Source: a virus
Taxonomy: Duplodnaviria; Caudoviricetes
IMG/VR virus record: IMGVR_UViG_3300032799_000186
Location: 1-63,662 of that record
Reading direction: 5' to 3' (one strand)
Length of the DNA: 63,662 nt
Every line of letters begins with the position of its first letter. Position 1 is the stretch's first letter. Both the position numbers and the translations under genes were made by a program. Below, piece by piece: positions 27,333 to 35,336 of the stretch. The notes below the pieces were generated by a model. That model was not told where the DNA came from and did no database searches. It saw only the letters and a list, made by a program, of their open reading frames with translations.

Positions 27333-28355
27333 ATGGCGCTGATCAAATTGTCCATCGTGGTAGCTTCCCTGGATGAAGTCCGGGAAAATTTTGACCGGAT
27401 AAAAATTTACCGGAGCACCACGGGCGTCACTGGAGCTTACGTCGAGATCACGGATCCCACTTCCCGCCTGGTTCTGGAGTCAGGCAAGGTGGTGTACGAC
27501 TACACCGACTTGAGCGGCCACGAGGACTACTACTACCGGTCCAGCTACTACAACAGCATCACGTCTCTGGAGTCCAGCCAGTCCGATCCCCAGCAGGGGG
27601 AGGGCGACAGTGCCCTGGATGTCCTTTCGGTCGAGGAGCTGAAAACCAACTACCTCTTCGGCCTGGACATGACCGATGAAGCCGGCAACGCTTTCCCCAG
27701 TACCATGTTCGAGCACTACATCAAGACAGCCGTGAGCTGGGTGGAGCAGCGCCTGGACCTGCCCTTGCGCCCCAAGCGCATCGACGTAGAGAAGCACGAT
27801 TTCATAAGAGAGGATTATGACAAGTATATCTGGCTGGAAACGGATCTGTTCCCAGTCATCGACGTGGAAGAGATCAAGCTGGTTCTGCCCGGCAATCAGG
27901 TAGTCCAGAACTTCACCCGGGAATGGATCCACGTGACCAAGGAGTCGGGGCAGATTCAGATCGTCCCCGGAACAGGCTCAGCCGGGACCATCCTCTTGGG
28001 CGCGAGCGGAGCCTGGATCCCATTCATCTACGGGATCAACAGGCTGATCCCCGACGCCTTTTGGATCAAGTACACCGCCGGGTTCGAGAGCGGAAAGATT
28101 CCTTACCTCTTGAAAGACATGGTGGGGAAGGTGGCCAGTTACGGCCCGCTGTTCCTGGCCGGCGAGCTGCTTCTGGGAGCTGGCATCGTGTCGAGCAGCG
28201 TGGGCATCGACGGGCTTTCCCAGTCGGTTGGGACCATGGCCAGCCCCAGCGGAGGCGCCTACAGTTCCCGAATCAAGGCGTACCAGGAAGAGGTCAAGGA
28301 AGCCATCCCCGAGCTGATTCGCTACTACAAGGGCTTGCGGTTGAGGGTTCTGTAA
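27333..28355 (+). CDS. Head-tail adaptor/neck protein
   Basis: LSVEELKTNYLFG..YTAGF..SVGIDGLSQS pattern of Herelleviridae-like neck proteins, plus synteny. Confidence 0.7.
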   Translation: MALIKLSIVVASLDEVRENFDRIKIYRSTTGVTGAYVEITDPTSRLVLESGKVVYDYTDLSGHEDYYYRSSYYNSITSLESSQSDPQQGEGDSALDVLSVEELKTNYLFGLDMTDEAGNAFPSTMFEHYIKTAVSWVEQRLDLPLRPKRIDVEKHDFIREDYDKYIWLETDLFPVIDVEEIKLVLPGNQVVQNFTREWIHVTKESGQIQIVPGTGSAGTILLGASGAWIPFIYGINRLIPDAFWIKYTAGFESGKIPYLLKDMVGKVASYGPLFLAGELLLGAGIVSSSVGIDGLSQSVGTMASPSGGAYSSRIKAYQEEVKEAIPELIRYYKGLRLRVL

Positions 28356-28356
28356 C

Positions 28357-29178
28357 ATGGGCCTCGTACCCCTCATCCCAACGATTCGCCCCGCGTCCGG
28401 CATCGCCGGAAATACGGACACCAAGTACGAGAAGCGCCGGCCGGACATGAACGCCAAGCTGTTCGATGCCGTTATCGAGCAAAAGGGCTACAGATTGGCC
28501 TGGACCCGGGCAACCGAATGCCCGTGCGCGAGTGTCAACGACCAGACCAGGCAACCGGACCCCAACTGCGTTCTCTGCAAGGGGACAGGGTGGTTTTACT
28601 TTGCCCCCAGTGAGCCTGTGGTGTCCTCCAAGGTTGGGCCGCTCAATCCCCTCCAGCAGAGCATCGTGGCCAACAAGTGCGGTGTGATCCGGGGGATTAT
28701 CACCGGAATCCGCAGCAATCGTGAACCCTTCGGAGAAATCGGCAACTGGCAATGGGGTGACGTGACCATCACCGTCCGGCCACAAAACAGGTTGGGGCAT
28801 TACGACAAGCTGATCCACCTGGACAGCGAGATCGTCTACGTGGAAGCGTTTGACGCCGATGCCCCGACGCTCCCGATCAAGACCCGGTACCCCGTGAATC
28901 AGGTCAACCTGTTGAGATCCTTGGCAAAAGAATATGTTCCAGGGGTAGATTTCACCCTGGTCGCTGGGGTTCTCACCTGGCTACCCGGGAAGGGGCCGGT
29001 CAAGGGCTCCCGGCTCAGCCTCCACTACCTGACCCATCCGACCTGGCTGGTCATTGACCACCCCCACGCCATCCGGATGTCCATGCGGAAGGTGAAGGTC
29101 AAGGACCCCTTGACCCCCCAGGGAGACCCTCAGCAGCTCCCCATCCAGGCCCACGGCAGACTGGACTTCCTGCCATGA
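28357..29178 (+). CDS. Head closure/neck protein with Cys cluster
   Basis: CPC..PDPNCVLCKGTGWFY motif, plus synteny. Confidence 0.7.
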   Translation: MGLVPLIPTIRPASGIAGNTDTKYEKRRPDMNAKLFDAVIEQKGYRLAWTRATECPCASVNDQTRQPDPNCVLCKGTGWFYFAPSEPVVSSKVGPLNPLQQSIVANKCGVIRGIITGIRSNREPFGEIGNWQWGDVTITVRPQNRLGHYDKLIHLDSEIVYVEAFDADAPTLPIKTRYPVNQVNLLRSLAKEYVPGVDFTLVAGVLTWLPGKGPVKGSRLSLHYLTHPTWLVIDHPHAIRMSMRKVKVKDPLTPQGDPQQLPIQAHGRLDFLP

Positions 29179-30023
29179 TCGAAGTCAAGGGCCTGGAAAT
29201 CAGTTTGCCGGCTACCTTGGTGGCCAACCTGAGCGAGCAGGCCCTGATGGATGCCTTGAAAGACGTGGCTGAGGCCGCCAGAGCCGAGTGGATACGCTTG
29301 GCAGGTTCCACCCTCCACACTACCAGGCAAACCTATATTGACGGCATCCAGCCCGTAGCTATGGCCCCAGGAGTGGCAACCGTTTCACTCGTCGGGATGT
29401 TACCCAACATCATCGAGCAGGGCATGCCTGAAACCGACCTCCGGACCACCCTTTTGGGACCGAATGCCACGGGGAAGAAGAAAGCCAAGGATGGGCACTA
29501 CTACCGGGCCATCCCCTTCAGGCATGCGACCCCTGGGGGCAAGGGCCAGCAAGCGGCGGCAGAGGCCATGGGCGGGGTAGTTGGGGCCAATGTTGGCGTT
29601 CCGATGGGGAAGGCTTACACGGGCGTGGTGACCGATGCCAAGAAGTTGGGCCGGGATGTCTACAAGAAGGCCAAGACGCTGAAGGCTAGTGTAGGTGAAC
29701 CTCACACCCAGACACGGTGGGGGAAGCGCCTGGCCGAGCGGGTGGCGGGGACTCCCAAGCTGAAGGAGCACCACGCCACGGACATCTACGCCGGCATGGT
29801 CCGGATGGAGAAGGTCTACCACGCGGGGGGAAAGCCCCAGTCCAAGTACATGACCTTCCGGACCATCAGCGAGAAAGTGCCGGTGGGCTGGATTCGGCCG
29901 GCTACCGATGGAAAGCACCTGGTCGAGGACGTGGCCAAGTTCGTGGAAGAGATCGGGACGGCGACGTTCGTGGCCTACGTGGAAGGGCTGACCACGCCCG
30001 ACAACCCGGGAGCGCAAAGATGA
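29175..30023 (+). CDS. Tail completion/neck protein
   Basis: IPFRH..YMTFRTIS..WIRP motifs, plus synteny. Confidence 0.6.
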   Translation: MIEVKGLEISLPATLVANLSEQALMDALKDVAEAARAEWIRLAGSTLHTTRQTYIDGIQPVAMAPGVATVSLVGMLPNIIEQGMPETDLRTTLLGPNATGKKKAKDGHYYRAIPFRHATPGGKGQQAAAEAMGGVVGANVGVPMGKAYTGVVTDAKKLGRDVYKKAKTLKASVGEPHTQTRWGKRLAERVAGTPKLKEHHATDIYAGMVRMEKVYHAGGKPQSKYMTFRTISEKVPVGWIRPATDGKHLVEDVAKFVEEIGTATFVAYVEGLTTPDNPGAQR

Positions 30024-30685
30024 TCCAGCGGTACCTCTACACGGCCCTGGTGAACGGACTGGAAGCCATCCGGCGAGACCCTTCTATCCTGGATGAGCTG
30101 TTCGAGGACCTGTACGAGCTGGATTCGACTGAAATGACGGCCATTCGGAAGTGGTTCGCGGACAAACCCCCGTCGGTCTATCACGGGTACGCCAGGGCGG
30201 ACTACAAGTTCCCCCTCTACACCATCGTCCTCCAGAGCGAGGGCGAGGACAAGATGATGATCGGGGATGAGGCGGACCAGATCACGGACTCCGGAGATCC
30301 GGACTTCGGAGCGGATGCCTATGCGGCGCTGTGGCGGCACACCTATCACATCCTGTGCTATAGCGAACACCCGGACGCCACCCTCTATATGTACGAGGTG
30401 GTCAAGGCCATCATTCTCCGCTCTCACGACTACTTCATTCAGCGGGATCTTTGGGGGATCCAAGTTTCTGGAATGGACATCCACGTGGACCCCAAGTACA
30501 TTCCAGAATATCTGTTCGTCCGGCAACTGGTGTTTTCGTGTGAACGGGAGTTCCGGCAGGTGGATAAAGCAAGCCGAAAAGGTAAGGCTTTCAAGATAGG
30601 TGGACTTTTCGTTGACAAATCTGGAAGCCCCAGCGATGTTGGAGAAGTAAAAACGCTGGTCTACCCATACGTGCCCGAGGAGTAG
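30020..30685 (+). CDS. Tail terminator-like protein
   Basis: ATGA overlap at 30020. Position just before the sheath. Confidence 0.55.
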   Translation: MIQRYLYTALVNGLEAIRRDPSILDELFEDLYELDSTEMTAIRKWFADKPPSVYHGYARADYKFPLYTIVLQSEGEDKMMIGDEADQITDSGDPDFGADAYAALWRHTYHILCYSEHPDATLYMYEVVKAIILRSHDYFIQRDLWGIQVSGMDIHVDPKYIPEYLFVRQLVFSCEREFRQVDKASRKGKAFKIGGLFVDKSGSPSDVGEVKTLVYPYVPEE

Positions 30686-30688
30686 CCC

Positions 30689-30991
30689 ATGGCGAAGAAG
30701 CACCGAGACGAACCCGAGTCCGAATTTCTGGAACCTACACCCATCCCCGAAGTGGTCATTCCTGATCCAGTTCCAGAGACTGGGGGCGCTTTGAACCTGG
30801 TCGCTGGGGTCCCAAACCTTCCCGAGCCCCCCAAGCCGCTCATCTCGTTGCGTGTGTTCTCGGCCATGACTGGAGTCCGCTGGGATCAAGCGGCCGGTTT
30901 TCTGTCCTACGCCAAGATGAAAAAGATGGGACCCCTGACCATGGAAGAGTGGCAGGCCGAGTTCCAGAAATTCAACAACCGCCCCGTGTAA
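30689..30991 (+). CDS. Hypothetical protein
   Basis: GAGGAG SD. Small gene preceding the sheath. Confidence 0.65.
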   Translation: MAKKHRDEPESEFLEPTPIPEVVIPDPVPETGGALNLVAGVPNLPEPPKPLISLRVFSAMTGVRWDQAAGFLSYAKMKKMGPLTMEEWQAEFQKFNNRPV

Positions 30992-31003
30992 GGAGAAAAG
31001 AAC

Positions 31004-33319
31004 ATGCCCCCGACCTCGATTTTTTTCAACGGCAGGCTGATTTTTCGCCCCGGTTCCTATTCGGTGGTGGATGCCTCCGGTCTGGAGCAGGTGGGTCTTG
31101 GCGCGGCTGGCATCGTGGCCGTTCTGGGGACCGGTGAAGGTGGGCGCCCCACCAGCACCATCTCGGAGCTGAAGGACTTCATTGTCATCAACAAGCCCGA
31201 GCAGGGTCGCCAGACGTTCCGCAACGGCGACTTGCGCGAGGTGATGGACATGCTGTTCGCCCCAGCCAAGGATCCGAACATCCTTGGTGGTGCGGTCAGC
31301 GTGGTGGCCATGAAGGTCAACCCCGCCACCAAGTCGAGCGCGACCTTGGTCAACACCTCGGGCGACTGCATGCTGATCGAGTCCGCCGACTACGGGGCCT
31401 TCACCGCCCAGGACAACATCTCCATCGCGGATGGGACCCTCAAGGGCAAGAAGATCACGATCATGTTCGAGGACGTGACCGAAGCCGCCGACGACGTGGG
31501 CGGGGATCACCTGTTCACCCTCAAGTACACCAACCCGGGCAACGGCTGGACCACCATGACCGGCCAGGTGAAGGTTGGCGGCGTCATCGAGTGCCTGGCC
31601 ACCCGGACGGCATTGGCCGGCAAGGATGGGGACATCACCGATTCAGGCGGTGACCATACCGTCACGGTGGTGAGCGCCGCCGCCGGCGACCTTACCCAGC
31701 GGGTCACGATTTACGGTCTGGACGTGGCCCTCAACCCCCAGTTCGAGACCTTGACCCTGAATGGTGTCACCCCCGTGGTCGGAACCAAGGTGTTCAAGAC
31801 CGCAAGTGTTTGGGGTGGCAAGATCACCGGCACCACGGCGGGGGCAGTCACCGTGAGCGAAACCACCGCCGCGACGATTATGACCATCGGTGCGGGCGCG
31901 AACACCACCAAGGGTCTCCACCTCGGCCAGTGCATGTACGGGGCTGGTGTGGCCACCATCGTGGCCGGCGGAGCCTCCGTCAAGATCGCTCTCCTGGTGG
32001 GCACGAGTGCCACCGGTGCGGCCCAGATGGAGAAGCTGACCTTGGCTGGCGCAGTCCCCGTGGTGGGTACCGCCGTGTGGTCGGAAATCACAGCCATCGT
32101 GCTGGGTGACGTGGCCGCCGCAACCGTCGTGGCCGTCTCCGGTATCGCAGCCAATGCCAGCAAGACCTACCTGTCCACCCTCCAGAAGATGGCCGACTAC
32201 TTCAACGCCCGGTTCATCGCCACGGTGGGTGGCTTCGTGTTCACCATGGTCACCGGGATGACCGCCTTCGATCCGGCGAACTTGGATGTCCAGACCGTTG
32301 CGGTCAGCATCCTCGACCCGGCCAATCCGGGTTTCCATGCCGACCTGTGGGCTTGCATCAACTGGATCAACACCAACAGCCAGATCGGTGTGGCGTCGGC
32401 CATCGCCGGCGCCAAGGATGGAGCCCCCAGCAACACGAGCAGCCCGGTGTTCTTGGCTGGTGGGTCCGAGGGGACCACCCTGGCGAGTCACTGGCAGGCG
32501 GCCCTGAACCTGCTCAAGAAAGCCTACGTCAACAGCGTGGTAGTCCTGACCGGCGATCCGGCCGTTCACGCCATGCTGGACGCCCACGCTGCCTATATGT
32601 GCGGCATTGGGCGCATGGAGCGCGACGCACTCGCCGGGGCCATGAATGCCGGCCTGACCAACGTGCCCACCAAGACCGAGTTCAAGGCTCAGGCAGTCAA
32701 TCTGAACAGCCGGCACGTCCGGCTGGTTGGGCAGGCCGTCGAGCGGTACAACACCGCCGGAGAGCGGGCGGAGTTCATGCCCCCGTTCCAGGCAGCCATC
32801 TTGGCCGGCATGCAGGCCGGCGGCCCCATCGGCCAGAGCCTCACCCACAAGTACGCCAACGTCCTGAGCTTGCGACAGGACATCTCCTGGAACCCCACCG
32901 ACGACGCGGAAGAGCTGATCCAGGGCGGGTGCTGCTTCATGGAGTCCGTGGAGGGCATCGGTCGCCGGGTCGTGAGGAACACCACCACCTACCTGGTGGA
33001 CAGCAACATCGCCTACTGCGAGGCGAGCGTGAACCAGGCGGTGAACTTCGCGGTTTACAGCTTCCGCACGAACATGGAGTTCGCGGTCGGGAAGCGGGGC
33101 TTCATGGGGACCATCAATGCCACCAAGGGGCTGGCCATTGGCACCCTGGGGCTTCTGGTGGACGAAGGCATCCTGGTGGCCTACCGGTCCCTGGACATCG
33201 ACCTGATCGTCGATGTGCTGGAAGTGAGCCTGGAAATGGCCCCCATCATCCCGATCAATTTCGTGAAGAACACGATCCATTTGGTCACAATCCGCCAGTC
33301 GGCCGCCACTACCCGGTAG
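31004..33319 (+). CDS. Tail sheath protein
   Basis: IFFNGRLIFRPGSYSVVD, LGTGEGGRP, S.DYG, FLAGGSEG, C-terminal PIIPINF. Followed by the tube gene. Confidence 0.92.
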   Translation: MPPTSIFFNGRLIFRPGSYSVVDASGLEQVGLGAAGIVAVLGTGEGGRPTSTISELKDFIVINKPEQGRQTFRNGDLREVMDMLFAPAKDPNILGGAVSVVAMKVNPATKSSATLVNTSGDCMLIESADYGAFTAQDNISIADGTLKGKKITIMFEDVTEAADDVGGDHLFTLKYTNPGNGWTTMTGQVKVGGVIECLATRTALAGKDGDITDSGGDHTVTVVSAAAGDLTQRVTIYGLDVALNPQFETLTLNGVTPVVGTKVFKTASVWGGKITGTTAGAVTVSETTAATIMTIGAGANTTKGLHLGQCMYGAGVATIVAGGASVKIALLVGTSATGAAQMEKLTLAGAVPVVGTAVWSEITAIVLGDVAAATVVAVSGIAANASKTYLSTLQKMADYFNARFIATVGGFVFTMVTGMTAFDPANLDVQTVAVSILDPANPGFHADLWACINWINTNSQIGVASAIAGAKDGAPSNTSSPVFLAGGSEGTTLASHWQAALNLLKKAYVNSVVVLTGDPAVHAMLDAHAAYMCGIGRMERDALAGAMNAGLTNVPTKTEFKAQAVNLNSRHVRLVGQAVERYNTAGERAEFMPPFQAAILAGMQAGGPIGQSLTHKYANVLSLRQDISWNPTDDAEELIQGGCCFMESVEGIGRRVVRNTTTYLVDSNIAYCEASVNQAVNFAVYSFRTNMEFAVGKRGFMGTINATKGLAIGTLGLLVDEGILVAYRSLDIDLIVDVLEVSLEMAPIIPINFVKNTIHLVTIRQSAATTR

Positions 33320-33343
33320 CCGAGCTGAAAAGGAGAACGTGTC

Positions 33344-33790
33344 ATGGGTGAAAAAGGTCGCATCCTAACTGGAGCACGTGCCCGATTCAGCATCGGTGGG
33401 ACGAAGGTCGGGTATGCCAGAAACGTCAACATTTCCGAGGAAGTCCGCTATGACCCGGTGGAAGTCCTCGACAACATCGAGGTCCAGGAGTTCGTCCCGA
33501 TTGGCTACACCGTTCGGCTCCGGGCTTCCCAGTTCCGGATCGTGGGCGAGACCATCAAGTCCCTGGGGTACTTCCCCAGCGTTGGCGCCAACACCGAAGA
33601 GCACCTCAGCAACATCCTGACCAACGGCGACCTGGTGGCCACCATCGAGGACAGCAAGACGGGCAAGATCGTCGCCACGGTCGAGCAGGTCAAGGTGGCC
33701 TCCCACAACTACACCATCGACGCCCGAGGCGTGGTTGGGGAAGATGTCGAGTTCGTCGGAATCAGAGTGAAGGACGAGTCAGAAATATAA
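33344..33790 (+). CDS. Tail tube protein
   Basis: 148 aa directly after the sheath, with TGARA..KVGYA..EFVP motifs. Confidence 0.85.
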   Translation: MGEKGRILTGARARFSIGGTKVGYARNVNISEEVRYDPVEVLDNIEVQEFVPIGYTVRLRASQFRIVGETIKSLGYFPSVGANTEEHLSNILTNGDLVATIEDSKTGKIVATVEQVKVASHNYTIDARGVVGEDVEFVGIRVKDESEI

Positions 33791-33795
33791 ATAAT

Positions 33796-34398
33796 TCAAT
33801 GACTTGCTAGATAGCCCATGAGATTTTTGAGAACCTCTGGGTTGTCCTGCACCATCCCCAAAGCTGCATTGCAGCGATTACAGAGGATTCCGCGCACCTT
33901 GCCAGTAGCATGATCGTGATCAACATGAATGCGCCTTTGGGGTAGCTTTGAGAGAGATAGACCACACCCCGGGCAGCAATCGTTCTGCGTTTTTCTAATT
34001 TCAACTAGATTTTCCGAGGAGACCCCATAGCTTTTGGCCTTGATTTCGGCAGCATGGTTCTCTCTCCATTTTCTATTAGCTTCTCGGCACTTGATAGCGT
34101 TCTTTTTTCTCCAAGTTCTTTGGTAAATTCTGAGCTGATCCCGATTGGCATCACGACGCTTTTGCTCCTTAGCCAAGGTCCGGGCTAGATGTTTCATTCT
34201 GGATTTTTTGCTGTAAGCGTTATACCTAGCTGGATCGGTTTTACGAATCTCTGTTCTTCGAGCCTTGATTTTTGCCCCATGTTCAAGGTACCGTTTTTTC
34301 ATGGAAGCCAGTTTTTTGCTTCGGTGTTTTAGGTAATACGCTTTTCGCCTAAGACGTTCGGCTTCTCTTTTCTGGGGGGCCTCTTTTGGGGTATCCAT
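33796..34398 (-). CDS. Free-standing endonuclease VII-type (HNH-like) homing endonuclease
   Basis: CPGC..HVDHDHATGKVRGILCNRCN. Basic N-terminus, GGAG SD before ATG 34398, TATAAT on the minus strand at 34428-34433, low GC. Confidence 0.85.
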   Translation of the reverse strand: MDTPKEAPQKREAERLRRKAYYLKHRSKKLASMKKRYLEHGAKIKARRTEIRKTDPARYNAYSKKSRMKHLARTLAKEQKRRDANRDQLRIYQRTWRKKNAIKCREANRKWRENHAAEIKAKSYGVSSENLVEIRKTQNDCCPGCGLSLSKLPQRRIHVDHDHATGKVRGILCNRCNAALGMVQDNPEVLKNLMGYLASH

Positions 34399-34522
34399 TT
34401 TTTCTCCAGACAAAATTTCTCATTCACATTATACGGACTTTTTTTTCATCCCTTCCCCTCCCTTCTGGCTTTTGGCATGCTGTGGTGGTAACTTTCCAGA
34501 AACCCTGAAAGAGGAGAGCGAA

Positions 34523-35011
34523 ATGCCCCCGAAAACAGTGATCCCCGAGGACTTGGCAACGCTGGGCCACCTGAAGGCCGACATCCTGCAAGAGGAAGCC
34601 ACCAAGGCCATCGACCCCCCGGCCAAACCTTCCATTCCAGAAAACGATCCGAAGCTCAAGAAGGATTACATCTTTCAGTTCAAGTGGGCTGATGGCCGGG
34701 GGAAGGAGTGGGCCGGGGAGTTCACGAACCACGTTCTGGACATCCGCGAGCGCCAGATGGTGGGTCTGTTGCAGGCCAAGTTCAACGGCGGGATGCCCCA
34801 CGACTCCATCGACCCGGACATCAAAGCCCTCAACATGGTCATCGCCCACATGACCTACTCGTTGGGGAAGGATCGGCCGGAGTGGGCAAAGGACTTGCAG
34901 TCGCTGCTCGACATGCAGTTGATTCAGACGCTGTGGGCGGAGGTGCAGACCCACGAGGACACGTTTCGCGGATGGAAGGCACCTTCTGCGGGAGGCGATA
35001 CGAAGGCGTAG
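34523..35011 (+). CDS. Tail assembly chaperone (G-like)
   Basis: GAGGAG SD before ATG 34523. Lies between tube and tape measure. Confidence 0.75.
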   Translation: MPPKTVIPEDLATLGHLKADILQEEATKAIDPPAKPSIPENDPKLKKDYIFQFKWADGRGKEWAGEFTNHVLDIRERQMVGLLQAKFNGGMPHDSIDPDIKALNMVIAHMTYSLGKDRPEWAKDLQSLLDMQLIQTLWAEVQTHEDTFRGWKAPSAGGDTKA

Positions 35012-35333
35012 CACGCCGGAGGCTCAAGTCAGGCGATGGTGGGTGAACAAGTACAAGCTGCCCCCGAACCACGAGCTGTTCGTGACCCGGACCTTGGCCG
35101 ACCTCCAGTTGGAAATGCTGGAGGACCTGGCGCAGCGGCGCGAGGAGCTTCGTGTCCAACTGGAAGAGCGCGAGGCCAGCACGGACACGGGCCGCATCCT
35201 GGACCAGATCAACGTCATCAACGAGGTGTTCGACGATCAGCCCGAAGTGTGGGATCCGCTGATCGACAAGTGGGAGAAGGAACTGGCCGAAGGAAAAATC
35301 CCCGACCTGGATGAGCGACTGGAAGAGGAGTAG
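34965..35333 (+). CDS. Tail assembly chaperone T-like extension, probably reached by a +1 frameshift at TTT-CGC
   Basis: This frame is open from 34923 to 35333 and reads FADGRHLLREAIRRR..WWVNKYKLPPNHELF. There is no clear SD for GTG 35043. Confidence 0.65.
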   Translation, partial: FADGRHLLREAIRRRSTPEAQVRRWWVNKYKLPPNHELFVTRTLADLQLEMLEDLAQRREELRVQLEEREASTDTGRILDQINVINEVFDDQPEVWDPLIDKWEKELAEGKIPDLDERLEEE

Positions 35334-35336
35334 TCG

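Noticed and set aside
33791-34520. Group I intron around the endonuclease
   Set aside because: The flanking tube and chaperone genes each look complete with their own start and stop, the nuclease is antisense, and no intron core is recognisable.
34708-35046. -1 frameshift product of the tail chaperone
   Set aside because: That frame ends at 35046 and has no X XXY YYZ slippery site near the gene end. The +1 frame is the one that continues to 35333.
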